Source: Octopus sinensis (taxonomy: Eukaryota). Taken from it: a stretch of DNA of 64,000 nt. Made by a program: the position numbers and the translations under genes. The stretch is taken from contig NC_042998.1 in the NCBI RefSeq assembly GCF_006345805.1, forward strand, positions 30,194,001 through 30,258,000, given 5' to 3'. Below the pieces are notes generated by a model. It was not told the DNA's origin. It did not search any database and saw only the letters and a list, made by a program, of their open reading frames with translations. This document shows, piece by piece, positions 21,641-36,499 of this stretch; position 1 is the stretch's first letter; each line of letters begins with the position of its first letter.

Positions 21641-21964
21641 GAAACACATACCTACAAATATAATGCAATGGATATAGATAGAATGATATTAGTCACAAAT
21701 TTTCTCGACCCTTGTGACTTATCAACACCACCTCGACCACCACCGAATTTGACAAACGGGAAACATTTTACAAAAGTAGTTGTTTCTTTATCTGGCTTAA
21801 CAGCCAGTTTCGACAATCCAGTATCATGCTTTTCTCTGAAATGTTATCACATACATACAGAACATACTAGTAGAACTGATTGTCGAGAGATCTGCCGACA
21901 GTGTCTTAAATCCTATTCAGTAGATATATATATATAGATTACCCTTTGTATAACGGTCTTTTTT

Positions 21965-22084
21965 CATAGCGTTTTTCCGATTGCCGGATAACGGACGAGA
22001 TGGTCGTGTGGATTTCCACCTCGGCATCCGAAACTCAGAGTTTTATCTTAGCTACCGAATAATTGTCACATATTATATTTACAG
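21965..22084. mobile_element. Half copy of the palindromic MITE at 46950
   Basis: ggatttccacctcggcatccgaaactc ... ctaccgaataattgtcacat ... tttacag. Confidence 0.8.
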
Positions 22085-22494
22085 ATAAATTCCTCTATTT
22101 ACATAATATTGAGGTATCTTTCTTTCTTTTGTTATCTTACCGTTTTTACCAATATATATATATATATATATATATTTCCTATGTATCCGTATTTTTGTCA
22201 TTTGAAAATTTTAGTAAGAATATTCTATTATTAATGCTGTTATTTTCGATTTAAGCGTGACAGCTAACATTACAATAACTTGGGATCATATAGCCATTAA
22301 CATCAAGTTCGTTTAAGGGACCGTGTTTCTTAAACTATTGTTGAACCAGTTTTATCGTTGTATCTTGTGCCTTCAGCTAGGCTTGTGCCTCCGAAAGTAA
22401 AATTTCATCATAACTGTTCAACATCTGAAATGATTTATGTGTTTAACTGAAAGGATTAAATATATATTAGTTTTCTTCAGTTTGTTTTTCGTGA

Positions 22495-22723
22495 AATTTA
22501 ATGAAAGTAACAAGGCTCTCTGTGTGGTTAGAAGTTTGCTTCCAAACCTCGTGGTTCCAATGTTGAGTCCAAACTGCGTGGCACCTTATGCAAACCATTT
22601 TCACCATAGTTGCGGTTTGACCATTACTTTGTGGGTGGCTTTTGCAGACGTAAACTGAAAGATCATCTTATAAATAAATAAATATATGTGTGCGTGTGTA
22701 TGTGTGTGTGTGTATGTGCGTAT

Positions 22724-22767
<44 letters not shown>

Positions 22768-22950
22768 TGTGTGTGTGTGTTTGTCTCCATCACCGATTGA
22801 CGACCGATGCTGTGTTTACATCTACGCCATTATCGTCACCGATAGAATAGGTACTAGGCTTTAAAAAACTATTACTAGTGTCTATTCGACTCAAATTCTT
22901 CAAGGCGGTGCCCCCAACATGACAGCAGTCTAATGAGCCAAAGAACTAAA
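22495..22950 (+). mobile_element. SINE family B, degenerate
   Basis: Remnants of both halves around a TG microsatellite. Confidence 0.7.
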
Positions 22951-23099
22951 AGATAATGATCGTCCGAACGCTGGTAATATCATTTGCAGAAGCATTACCA
23001 AACGCTGAGCAATCAGATTTCAGTAAGGTTATTGGTTGCAAATATTTGATTATTTCACCTTTTTATTTGTCTACCATATTACCACCTTTCTCTTTTTTT

Positions 23100-23281
23100 T
23101 TTTACTCTTTTTTACCGCCTTTAATCGAGCAACTCGATCCCGAGACTTATTCTTTTGTAAGCCCAGTACTTATTCTATCGGTCTCTTTTGCCGAACCGCT
23201 AAGTGACGGGGACGTAAACACACCAGCATCGGTTGTCAAGCAATGCTCGGGGGACAAACAGAGACACACAAACACACACAC

Positions 23282-23325
<44 letters not shown>

Positions 23326-23487
23326 TATACGACAGGCTTCTTTCAGTTTCCGTCTACCAAATCCACTCACAAGGCATTGGTTGGTCCGGGGCTATAGCAG
23401 AAGACACTTGTCCAAGATGCCACGCAGTGGGACTGAACCCGGAACCATGTGGTTGGTAAGCAAGCTACTTACCACACAGCCACTCCT
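23100..23487 (-). mobile_element. SINE family B, near full length
   Basis: Reverse-complement match over both halves. Confidence 0.9.
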
Positions 23488-24065
23488 CCACCCTTCATAA
23501 TTTGTATAAAATCCATACACACATATTCTTTTATCGGAATCTTACCGAGAGTTATTAAATGTGTTAAAGAAACAATCGAGACATTGTGATATAAACATGT
23601 TTTATGTTCCGGATGACTGAACTCGCAGACGGACGCTGATTTGCAACACACGACGCAAAATGTCAATATCTGAAAGTTACGTGGATTAGTTCTTGTCTAC
23701 GCCTGCTAGATTTGGTCCTCAAACATATGCAAACAGGTCTAAGAAAAATTCATCAAGTGAATTTTTGTCTTCGATTAGGACTCCATTTCTTTTTCACAGA
23801 CGAGTGTGTAGAGCAATTACGTCAGAAGCTAAAACAGCTGTCTTAGCTCTCATTTTGAAATTCTCGTTCTTCATTGAAAAGACTATTATATCGCAGTATG
23901 TGATACAAACTGATTTCCTTGTTTTTATTTATGAATGTATGCCTCGAAATAATACACAAATGTATTTCATAAATTCATACACATTATATATGCGTGTAGA
24001 TACGTGTATCTATATATGTATAAATAGGTATTTAGTATACATATACGTGTGTGTATATGTAATGC

Positions 24066-24104
<39 letters not shown>

Positions 24105-24144
24105 TGTATATATATATATATATATATTATATATGCATGTATAT

Positions 24145-24181
<37 letters not shown>

Positions 24182-24275
24182 TATATATATATATATATAT
24201 ATATATGCATGTATATATATATATATATATATATATATGCATGTATATATAAATATCTATATATATATATGCATG

Positions 24276-24308
<33 letters not shown>

Positions 24309-24365
24309 TATATATATATATATCTTGCATGTATATAAAAATATATGCATTTATATATATATATA

Positions 24366-25680
24366 TGCAGACGCAGCTACTGCATCATTTTGATGACATT
24401 TTGAGAGCCTTGGGAGAAGGTTCCAACACTGATGTCATCTACCTTGATTTCAGCAAGGCCTTTGACAGGGTTGATCATAAGATCCTTCTGAGAAAGCTGT
24501 CCAATATTGGTGTCACTGGAAAGCTGCTGCAGTGGATCAAGTGCTTCTTGTCTAACATAACCCAACATGTTGTAGTCGAAGGAGTCAAATCCAGCCCAGC
24601 CAAAGTCAGCAGTGGTGTCCCACAAGGCACTGTGTTGGGCCCACTTCTCTTCATCATCTACATAAATGATATTACTGACACCATCAAACACAGTAACATC
24701 AGAACCTTCGCTGATGATTCCAAGCTCCAGAAGGTCATCAATGGCGTGGATGACCGAATAAACCTTCAGTCAGACCTACTGGCTGTTGTCCAATGGGCGG
24801 AAAAGAATAACATTTGCTAAATAATGAAGACAAATTTGAACTGATCCACTTTGGAAGAGAGGACCGCTCTGAAACTCCAATACTCTCTTCCTTCTAGAGA
24901 AATTCTCATGGCATCCACAACATCAGAGACCTGGGAGTAACAGTGGACAACAACATAAGCTGGGCTACACATATAAGCAGCAAAGTTGACATGGCCCGCA
25001 GAATGTGTTCCTGGATTCTCAGAACCTTCCAGTCGAGAGATTCCCACGCTATTATCCTTCTCTTCTCCACTTTTGAGACCGACCCCACCTTGAATACTGC
25101 TGTCCACTGTGGTCTCCCTACACAAAACAAAATATTATGAGAATTGAAGCTCCCCAAAGGTCAATCACAAAAAGATAGATGGCATGTCAGACCTTGACTA
25201 CTGGGGTAGACTAGAGAATGAATTGTATTCACTCCAACGACGCCGTGAACGCTACATTATCTGTATGATGTGGAAAATATTCCATCAGCACTGTCCGAAT
25301 GATGTTGGCATCACCTTCAAAATGCATCCAAGACTTGGACCACGTGCCATCCGTCCACAACAAAAATCTAAATCGCATCACATAACGACAATACGGCACA
25401 ACTATTTCACCTCAATTGGACCTGCTCTCTTCAACATTACACCAGGGCACGTCAAAAAAGAAACTGACCACACAAAATTCAAGAAGTCTTGGACAAATTC
25501 CTTCAAACAGTACCGGACAAACCACCCACACCCGGATATGTCTCCGCAAACAATAACTCTCTGCTCGAATGGGCCTTGGTGCCCAAATCCAGAACTGAAA
25601 GACTTCGCCAGGTGGTGCTATTAAGTTAGACATGGCCTGGGCCAATACTGGCCAAAACCTTTCTAAGTTATTCTAAGTTA
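24366..25680 (+). mobile_element. CR1-like LINE, 5'-truncated RT and 3' UTR, inside an ATGCATGT(AT)n array
   Basis: [49 protein letters not shown]. Several 1-nt frameshifts and a ctaagtta repeated tail. Confidence 0.95.
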
Positions 25681-25687
25681 TATATGC

Positions 25688-25732
<45 letters not shown>

Positions 25733-26049
25733 TGTATATATCTATATATATATATATATGCATGTATATATATATATATATATGCATGTATATATATATA
25801 TTGCATGTATATATTATATATGCATGTATATATATATATGCATGTATATATATATATGCATGTATATATATATATATATATTATATGCATGTGTATATAT
25901 ATATATATATATATATATGCATGTGATATATATATATATATATGCATGTGATATATATATATATATATATATTATATATGCATGTGTATATATATATATA
26001 TATGCATGGTATATATATATATGCATGTATATATATATATATGCATGTG

Positions 26050-26081
<32 letters not shown>

Positions 26082-28501
26082 ATATATATATTAATTTATG
26101 CAACTATGTTCAAGTTTTATCTTTTTATATTAGATTTTTCCTTTTGATATTTTTAGATATTTTATAGTTAGTTCTGGACAATTGGTTTCCTAAATCGATA
26201 TCAGACGTTTCCAGACCTTCACAGTTTCCTGTTCAAGAATTGTACGTATTTAGATCAGTGTTCTTCCTTATAGACTGGGTGAAATTGTGTACACTTACAA
26301 GGAAATGCTACGTTACGGTAAACCATAGACCAACGATGCATTTTCTAGATGCAACGACAGTTTAAATACTGAAATGAACCACTTAAAATTAGAATTGTCG
26401 GAAAGCGTGACAATGTAGCAAGCAGGAATATATCACACGCAGTAAAAAGAATTCGCTAATAATGTGTTAAAAAAGATAAACGATTTATAAATGTGAACGA
26501 TACAGGATTGTTTTTTAAGCAGAAACTAATAAAATTTAAAAGGTAAATGAAGAAAATATCAGTTTGATTTTACAGTGAGTTTTGAGTAAATTCCTGGCTG
26601 AGTTTACTTGGTTAAATTGTATAAACTTAAAAGGGGTTTTTTGAGATTTTTTTACTCCCATAAACATTTGTTCTTGATTTTGGTAAAAGATCCCAGTTTT
26701 GATGGGAGGACGTTAGTTCATTATTTCGATCCCGGCTCTTGATTAATACTGTACTTTACCGACCCCCACGACACCCTGAAAAGATGAAATGTTGATCTCG
26801 TAATGGAAAGAGCCACGAAAAATATCGCTAATCATTCTGTCGTGCACACTGAAAAATTCTTCCCGCTCGCCGCCTTATTCGCTCCTGTAGTAATAATTTC
26901 TATGATAAATACATCAAACTACGAGTAGCAGCATGCATATGCCAGCGATCACTAAGGAAATACAAAGGAAATTTCGATGAATTAAAAAAAAAAAAAGAAA
27001 CAAACACCTTTAAAAATTTGTTTTAAAATTCATCGACAGATGAAATGGGTCTAGAACCAATAGCATTCTTAAAGCGCAGCACGAACTATTTACAGTATTT
27101 AGATACAAATCTTTACAGAGTTTCATTTCTACGCTGTATGATTATCTTCACGTATTCATATCTAAGTGAACTGCCGTCTGAGTCATGTTCTGTGTTGATA
27201 TATAGTAATATCACTATAAGACATCTTTGATGTGAGTGGAATTATAATGGAAGCATCTAGAAAGTGATGTCCAAGTTAAAGTGCATTGTACAGCAATAAG
27301 GTCAGGCAGAAAGAGAAAAAATTGAAATTACTGAAGCAAACATCCTTTTTACACTTCAGAATAAAACGAAGAAAATTTAATTTAATATTTTTGGCATCTG
27401 CGCTGCAATTCATAAAATTGGATCCTATTCGTTTATTTCTTAATCTATGGATATCGATTTTCATTAGACTGTTTCTGCAAAGTATAGCGCAGTTAAACAT
27501 ATTCCAATTTCATACCTATAACATATTAGTATGTGAAACGAAGAAAACGTAAAGGCATATCTTAAAATAAATACATACATAATCATTATATTTTCTATGG
27601 CAATTGTGCTATTTTACTAGGGAACATATGCACATACCATTTTACATAAGCAAAACGCCCCAGGCACAAGTCATTAGAGGATTACGGTTCTTATATTTAT
27701 ATTTTACTAAAATAGAAACGAAATAGAGTAGAGCCAGACGTGAGTTTTTAAACTACCGTTTCGTATCTTTAAAACAAATGTGCTGAAACGTCGCTAAAAC
27801 TGTAGGGATTTCTCAGGTGGGCAAATACGTAAAAAAATAAGCTCGCAAATCTTTATTGCCAATTGAAATTTAACATACTGAATTACTATAGTGTGAGGGA
27901 TAAGACTTACGCCAGACATTTATTGCCAAGAGAAATCATTTAAAGATACATTTTTTTATATATAGAATGGCGTTGTAATTCCAAATGTGGTTACTTTGGC
28001 AAAAATTATCTCCGTTGGCAACAAATAAACATCATTTTTGAGTCTCCTTTTAGGTTACATCACACGTTAATTTTATATCGGAAATAATTTAGTGACGCAT
28101 ACACACACCATTCAAAGTGGGCTATTCGGCGATATATGTATATGTGTATGTATATATGTATGTATGCTTGTGTGTGGATATATGTACATGGGATGCAATT
28201 AGACTGCTGTCCATGTTTAACGTTTTGGATTATTCTGACCCCAAATTTTTCATAAGTGAAGTCATTATAAGCGTAAGCTACAAGAAGGAGTTTAGCTATT
28301 AGAATACTCGCATGAGCAGACATTTGGAAGATGGTCGAACTTTTTAAAGTAAAGACAAAATATGTAAACCCAGATACGTCTCCGTAAAATGGCATTTTAA
28401 ACAAGACTGACGGATATCTAGTTAGATGGTCTTTATGTACGTAATAACCTTTCGTAAAACACCATGCCGTTGCGATGCTGAATTATACAATTTTGTTGCG
28501 A

Positions 28502-29015
28502 AGGCATGTGGCTTAATAGTTAGGGTATTCGGCTCACATTAATAAAGTTGTCAGTCCGATTTCCGGCGGTGCATTGTGTTCTCGAGCGAGATTATTTACT
28601 TCTTTTTGCTCCAATCCACTCAGCTAGCAAAAATATGTTCAATCTGTATTTCAAAGGACCAACTTTATCTCATTGAGTGTCACGCCGACTCTCCCTGACA
28701 ACTACGTTAAAGGCGGCGAGCTGGCAGAAACGGTAGCACGCCGGGCGAAATGCTTAGCAGTATTTCGTCTGCCGTTACATTGTGAGTTCAAATTCCGCCG
28801 AGGTCGACTTTGCTTTTCATCCTTTTGGGGTCGATAAATTAAGTACCAGTTACGCACTGGGGTCGATGTAATTGACTTAACCCCTTTGTCTGTCCTTGTT
28901 TGTCTCCTCTGTGTTTAGCCCCTTGTGGGTAATAAAGAAATAGGTACGCGTGTCTATGGTGTGCTCAGCCACTTATACTTTAATTTCATGAGCAGGCAGT
29001 TCCATTGATCAGATG
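28502..29015 (+). mobile_element. SINE family D (degenerate tRNA-like head), interrupted by a family C copy
   Basis: Shares tccactcagct ... ctacgttaa|ggtacgc segments with 52805-53040. Confidence 0.55.
28712..28945 (+). mobile_element. SINE family C, full length
   Basis: ggcggcgagctggcagaaacggtagcacgccgggcgaaatgc ... gagttcaaattcc ... aataaagaaataggta. Confidence 0.93.
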
Positions 29016-29714
29016 TACAGGGAGACGCTTCGTCGCAACCGACGGAATGACAGTCTTTTTAATGCTATTATGCTATGAAAAGGAAATTATGCTTTTGTAA
29101 CACGTTTCCTGTTTATTATATTGATTGCTGGTGATGCACTGTTGCTTAGTCTCTACTGATCTCTGATCAAGTAGACCTGGGTCCAATTTCATTCCATCTT
29201 TTATCAGCGCGTATGATTTTGTAGCGGAAAGCACCATTGCTTATTTACGACAATGAATAACCAATGTGTCATTCATTTCTTGTGATGTCATTATATGACT
29301 CAAAGGAGATGTAGGTGATATTCCTAGAAAATTGAGCGCCTCTTTTTGGTTCAGCGTAGACTTGTTTGTCTATTAATAAAATTATCTCTTCCGTTGTTTC
29401 TAATTTCCGCTGTGACTGTGTAGTGTATTGCATGTGTGTATGTGTTTCTATTTGGGATCGATGTCTGTACACCTATATATATATATATTGACCATTGTAG
29501 AACAGGAATTGTTGAGAGAAAAGAAAACAGAAACAGTGAGAAGTAAACAATGAGAAGAAGGTCTCAATATAGGAAAACAGCAAAGGCTATAACTTTGACA
29601 GAAGTTGTTTCTGCAAAATTACGATATAGAGAACTAAAGAGCGAGAGAGGAAGAGAACTATAGATTTTAAAATGTCTCAAAATTAAAGATGACAAATAAT
29701 CCTGTGTACTATAA

Positions 29715-30282
29715 GCACAAGGCTAGACATTTCTGGGGAGGGGAATGGTCGATCACATCGACACCAGTATTAGACTGGTACTTAATTTATCAACCCTGAA
29801 AAGATAAAAGGTAAAGATGACCTCGACGGAATTTGAACTCAGAACGTAAGGACGGGCGAAGTATCGATAAGCATTTGCCCAGCATGCTAACGATTCTGCC
29901 AGCTCGCCATCTTTAACGGTGACCGATAATTCTTTTTACAATAGGCACGAGGACTGAAACTTTTGGGAGGTAGTAAGTCGATTACATCGACCCAAGTGCG
30001 TAACTGGTACTTATTTAATCGACCCCGAAAGAATGACAGGCAAAGTCGACTTCGGCGGAATTTGAACTCAGAACGTAGCGACAGGCGAAATACCTATTTC
30101 TTTACTACCCACAAGGGGACAAACAAGGACAGATAAATGGATTAAGTCGATTATATCGACCCCAGTGCGTAACTGGTACTTATTTAATCGACCCCTAAAA
30201 GACAAAGGCAAAGTCGACATGGGCGGAATTTAAACTCAGAACGAAACGGCAGACGAAATACGGCTACGCATTTCATCCAACG
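29715..30282 (-). mobile_element. Cluster of three SINE family C copies
   Basis: Three repeats of ctggtactta...atcgacccc...aagtcgac...cggaatttgaactcagaac. Confidence 0.88.
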
Positions 30283-30552
30283 CCTTTAACGGTACAAATA
30301 ACGTCAATGAAATCTACTACAGGAAAAATCGTAAATAAACTATTGACAGGAAGATCAGTAAGTTTAAATAATATATCATATGCCGACAGACAAAACAAGG
30401 CAATGTAATTTTGTTTGCTAATTATTTGCCTGCTATGGCACAGTTATAATTTCACGTTCATTAAACAAATCTTGTAAAATAATGTCATTGGCAAAACATA
30501 TTGGTTATGATTATGACAGGTGTCCGTAGAAACCTTATAACTTTGCTGAAGC

Positions 30553-30693
<141 letters not shown>

Positions 30694-30794
30694 GAGAGAC
30701 ACAGAGAGAGAGAGAGAGAGAGACATCCACAACATAGATGCATGTATGTATGTATGTATTCATGCATGTATGTGTGTATGTATGTATGTATATA

Positions 30795-31800
30795 TGTCAT
30801 TATCCAGTTTATTTCAAGATTTCTTGCCAATAGAGAAAGAACCAGTTTCTAACCTAGATCTAAGATTCCTTCATTGGAAATTCAACATCAACAACAGCCT
30901 ATGTATGTATGTATGTATGTGTGTAGATTTGTATGTTTTATGTATGTATTCTCATGCATAGAGTTACAAATGATAAACTTCTGGAAAGTTTTACAAAATT
31001 TTACAGTTCCAGTGAGGGATTTGATCTGTAGTCTTCGAATTAGTTTTGTCCTTTCTGGTTTTGAGAAGCCCAATTTCTCAAGATTGGTATTTAGGCAGTG
31101 TGTTATATATTACAGGGCCCCAATAATTACAGGTATAAACCTGAACTTGTAATCTGGATAGAGTAACTGCAGATTTTTCAATAGTTCAGCATAGGTGTTC
31201 TATTTTTCACTGATGTTCAGCTTTATGTTAACATCCGCTGAGTAGCCGCTTGGGCGGCTAATTTCCACAACTGTGCACAGTCTTTCTTCTCTGTCCCAAA
31301 TTATTAAACCACGTCTGTTGTGCTTAACTTGCATTGATGTTTTCATTGGAATATTCCATCAGTACTCCATTTTATAATAAATGGCAATGGCTTCAACCAT
31401 ACTCTGTGTTCTTATTTGTTTTTCCTCGGGGTTATCCTTCCGAAGGATTTCATTATATAGTGTCCCAGCTAAAGCATCATGTCTCATCTTTAGATATATA
31501 CCGTGATGACATTTTCGGACAACTGTTTATGATGTGAGTGATAACTTCCGTCTTAACTCCATGCGGTGTTTGAAATACGGCGAGGTCTTTTAACGAACTC
31601 ATACAAGTAATCACGATGTAGGTAGGTGATATTGAATCTTATTAATCGTTTTATCACATCGCATATTTTACTGTAATGTAATAACATTTCCAGTATTTCC
31701 TTATTAGGTATCTTCGACGAACACACCACGTCCCTGGAAATGAACATACACGTATAGCTTTGACCAAGAGATGGGAATTTACATTTGCACGAGCAAATGT
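30795..31800 (-). mobile_element. RLE-type non-LTR retrotransposon 3' fragment (R4/Dong-like)
   Basis: Minus-strand E.ITHIINSCPKMSSRY...RHD, EY*WNIPMKT...KHNRR.LIIWDREE.LCTVVEIS, EK..Y..L...YPDYKF.FIPVIIGAL (PD-(D/E)xK). The 3' UTR ends in (ACAT)n. Clade name is inference. Confidence 0.85.
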
Positions 31801-32821
31801 AAATTATGGTTTGTTTACCTATGAAACGCTTGGCAAGTTGACAAAACCAGTTTTATTCTTGTTATGATGGAATTTGTTTTTATATTTCTCATTTCAACCT
31901 TCACATTCTTACTGTGTTTTCTTCCTTTCTTTTGCTTTCGCGTATTCCACAATGGCAATTACACCATAACTTTACTTATTTATACATTTTAGTTTTCGAA
32001 GGCTGCCAGTTATTAAATGTTGACTACTGTTGAGATTTCTTGGCATTGGGTGACCACAATTTTGTCAACAGAATACAAACTATAGCCAAGCAGCAAATTT
32101 TCCTTCTCTTAATGATTTACACGAAAACTTTTGTTGTCCTATGTCCTACATTAAATTGTAGGGCTAAACGTACGTGTTTTTCGTTTTTTGTTCTTTTCGG
32201 TATCTATTTTGTAAACTTATAAAACCATTATCTATACACAAGCACGTAGACGTGCTGCCGGTCGAATAATAATAACAGTAATTATGATATCCAAATTTGA
32301 CACGAGCTTGCAAAATTCGCAGTTGTTGTAATCGATTGAATTTATTGCAGCACTTTACTGGCTGTTATTTTATCGATCTCATAACCATGAAAACAAGCGT
32401 GTAAGTGGTTTTGAACTCCAGAAAAAAGAAGGGACTAATTACTTCAATCTATTTAGTTCAATACGGTATTATTTCTGCCATCCACCGCTATTCTAATAAA
32501 GTTATTAATGACTTATAGATTTGGCACACGGTCTATATTTGGAAAGATTTTCTACTGTTCAGTATTTGATTGGTATTTATCATGTTGCCTCCGAAATAAT
32601 GAAATATGAAGTCGATCCAGGTGGGATTTGAAATCACAGCATTAAGTGGCTTAAGCTGTGTCTGGAAACTTCTTCCTCCATAATAATTTCCATTCTCCTA
32701 TCTGTCTCCCCACGAGGGGTGTATGAAAAATTTTGAGCCTAACCTAGAAAAAGGGCTGCTAGATAGCTGAAACAAGTTTTTCTGGTAAGTACAGTCTTTT
32801 CGGAGTATTCTTGATCATTTT

Positions 32822-33058
32822 ATAGGGCGGCGAGCTGGTAGAATCGTTAGCGCACCGGGCGAAATGCTTAGCGGTATTTCGTCTGTCGTTACGTTCTGGG
32901 TTCAAATTCCGCCGAGGTCGACTTTGCCTTTCATCCTTTCGGGGTTGATAAATTATGTACCAGTTACGCACTGGAGTCGATGTAATCGACTTAATCCGTT
33001 TGTCTGTCCTTGTTTGTCCCCTCTATGTTTAGCCCCTTGTGGGCAGTAAAGAAATATA
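32822..33058 (+). mobile_element. SINE family C, full length with 16-bp TSD
   Basis: Flanked by tattcttgatcatttt at 32806-32821 and 33059-33074. Confidence 0.95.
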
Positions 33059-34861
33059 TATTCTTGATCATTTTCATGATAATTTTATTTTTATTTTCCT
33101 TGTTGCAGATTTTTGAATAAACATGTGTCTTGTACCATGTTTTGTTTTCTTCTTTTGTTTTTAGGCTCAAGACTTTTCATACACCCCTCATGTCTTATAA
33201 TGGTCTCAGCAACAAGGTCAGAAACGTGAGTGAATGCTATAGTTTATTAATCGAATTCAGTACTTGACACGTTTGTCATTTCATCAATTCTGAATTGAAA
33301 GTTACCCTCGGTGGGATTTTATTTCAGAACTTAAAGGAGTCACAATTCAATGCCGTTGTGTTTTCATTGTATCAAACAATGAAAATAATATCTTTCTAAC
33401 CCATGACCACGGCCTAGAATTTGGAGGAGGAGTTTAACTGACACCACCGCCTGACCGATACTTTGTCTTATTGACCTGTTTTTAGAACCGGAAGTGCTGA
33501 CATTGGTGGGATGTAAAATGCCAAAAGAAATATCGCATTGATTTTTTCCGAGGCTCTAACCATTCAGTCAGTTCATTGTCTTTTGTTTCTAAGTAGGCTC
33601 AAGAAAAGCAAGTGGGTACGTTTATATCATTGACTTCATGGCTTAACTTGTACCTTATCTTTTGACATTAGAAGGATGGAGCTGACCTCGACAAGATTTG
33701 AATTCAGAAACTAAAGAGCTAGAAAATATACCATGAGGTATTTTCGAATGCTCTCACTATTCTGCCAACTGAACGCCCTGAAAATAATAAAAATAGCAAA
33801 TTTCACAGGGTGAGTTAGCTGATTAAATCGAACCGTAACCTGAATTGTATTTTATATTACCAACCCTAAAGGACAAAATGTAGAGATGCCCTTGGGAGTA
33901 TTAATTCAAAGCATAAACAGCTGTAACTAAATACAAAGAAACATTACATCCGATGTCCTAAAGAGTCACTCGATACAAGTGACTAATCTGTTTCAGATAA
34001 AATCCCACCTGGGTCCATAGATAATGAACAGACACCTCTGACCTGTTAGTGCTACTGAAGAACACAGCTTGTTCGCTATATATTCTAGTCACGGAGCTAA
34101 TGTTAACTGGGACTATCCGAAATGCGCTGAGCCACGAAACTGTCCTGCACACACCCGTCCAGTACCTGTGGCTCGCCGGCTTGTAAAGATATGCCACATA
34201 GATAGAAGCAAGTGCGGAATGGATCTGACAGTCAGCTGAGTCCATTATAATGATCGTTAATTGCATTACTTTAGCTGGGAAGAGTGATGATTGACAGTAT
34301 TTCTCTATTACAGTGCCTTTGACGAGAAGGATTTTCTGGTGGACTAGATGGAAAGTGCCGAAGACAGAGATGCTCGAATTTAGCTAAACATTTCTTGCAT
34401 AGATTTTGATTAATTCTTCATTGGTAATCCAGAAAGTTAGTCGAAGTGTACAGACGACAAAATAATCACAGTAATATCAATTCGAGTTTTTATAAATTTT
34501 TGTTTACCAATATTGTTTATGTTTGTATGTGTACATATATTCGTTTCAATGGAATAATTTCCATGAGATAACGATAGTGGGAGATAACGATAACGATAGT
34601 AGGAATCTTCTACAGTATAATGTCATATACACTACGTTATGGAAGTAATTCATAGTTACTGAAGATGAGTAGAAATATTTACAAAAACGGTATTTGATTA
34701 ATATGTCCATGATTTGAATTTACAACACAAGGCCGGTTCATTTCGTGGAACACACACACGTATATTCAGTAAGGAAAAGTAAAAGAAGCAGAATGCCATA
34801 GGTCCGAGTAGAGTGTTGGATTGCTCTAATCTGGAGATGAATTCATCAATTCTTTATAATA

Positions 34862-35438
34862 TTGGGTTGTCCGGAAAGTTCGTGCCGATTTATAGTAGCT
34901 CAGCTTTCGACTTATTTTAGAACATGGTTGAGTCAATAAAATAAGATTTGACTACACCTCAATTTAGAGCACAGTTTAAACTATCTTTTCGTGGGAAAAG
35001 GTTTATGTTCCTATAGCCTGTGTTAATTCTGTAACCCTTTAAAATGAAAGATAAGAAAGTCCATTTTCGGTACTTGATGCTTTGGGAACCAGGGAAAAAT
35101 TGCTGCAGCTCGGCTGGGATGTGTTACCCTACTCTCCATATTCACCAGATTTCCACTTTTTCCTTCAGATTTCCACTTTTTCAGGTCTCTGCAGAATAGT
35201 CTTGATGGTAAAAATTTCAATTCCTTGGATGACGTAAAAACATACCTTGATGAATTCTTTGCCATGAAACCACCTCAATTCTGGGAAGAGGGTATTTTCA
35301 AGTTAAAGGAAAGATGGAGACGCATTGTGCAACAAAATGGTTCATATTTGGTTGATTGAAATGTAATGTAATGTAATGGCAAGTATTTATTGACTTTTTT
35401 TTCTTTAAAAGTCGGCACGAACCTTCCAGACAACCTAA
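34862..35438 (+). mobile_element. Internally deleted mariner with ~30-bp TIRs and TA TSD
   Basis: TIRs ttgggttgtccggaaagttcgtgccgattt / aagtcggcacgaaccttccagacaacctaa. C-terminal transposase PSDFHFFRSLQNSLDGKNF...LKERWRRIVQQNGSY*. Confidence 0.92.
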
Positions 35439-36499
35439 TATAAACGTAAGTAAAAGTTTCCAGGACCATTGCTTTGGTTATATGGCGGAAACTCTTCTCA
35501 CACATTCTTTGACGTTCACAGCACCAAACAGAGCGGTTAAGACAATGCTGATTGGCATTGCATTAATCCTGTGGACTTTTACGAAGACCCATTACCTTTT
35601 ATGGCTTTATGGCAGTATTGTAGGTCGTAGACTTGACCTAACAATACCTGTGAGTGAGGATTTTAAAAGCCATCAGAATCCCGTTTCCAATTAGAACAGA
35701 AAAAGCAAATATATTTCATAACACTACAGATATTACAAGAGCAAAATGTTTACAATGTATACAAAGCCCAAAATCGTCCAATAGATTTATAATTTTTCAT
35801 AGCATAGAACTATGATTTTATACATAAAATATGTGCTCCTATACGACAGGCTATTGTCCACTTATGACAATTCTAATGTTTATACCTTTTTCTTATGGAA
35901 AATGGCTTTGTGTGCTGAGGGTGTGTGTATGTATAAGGGAATTTGATGTGAGTGAAGTATGAAGTGTGAAGATGGAGTTGTGCAATTTGTATTTGCAGAA
36001 ATGTAAGTTTTTTAAATTCGTCAATAGAGTAAAATAAATACTGAAGAGATGAAAAAACTATGCGCCAATGATGAACAGGTTGAAATCATTGTTCATAACC
36101 TACAGAAATATTTCACCAAATATACTTGGTGGAAACAGGCAGATGACAAATATGGAATTCTGAGGTGTATGATACAGAGCGTTTAGTCAGTATAAAGCAT
36201 CGGTTGCATCATTACTAAACTCCAATATCGACCGTAAACTCTTGTGTAAAATCAAGGTGACTAATTTCCCTTGAGTAAATTTAGAATGAAGAGAAAATGC
36301 TGTCTTATGTTGTTTCGGTTGGTTTCAAACGATTCAAGAAAAGGAAAAATTTTGCTAAGAATCTTCAATAAAACATAAAATAATCACCGATCTCTAAGTC
36401 AAAAGCGCCCTCCTGCTGAAAATGGGCAGATATATATATATAATATATATATAATATATATATATAATATATATATATATATATAATAACATACATGGT

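Noticed and set aside
33165-33226. Possible 53-62-nt exon after a polypyrimidine-AG
   Set aside because: No recognisable peptide, weak donor, and no partner exon identified.
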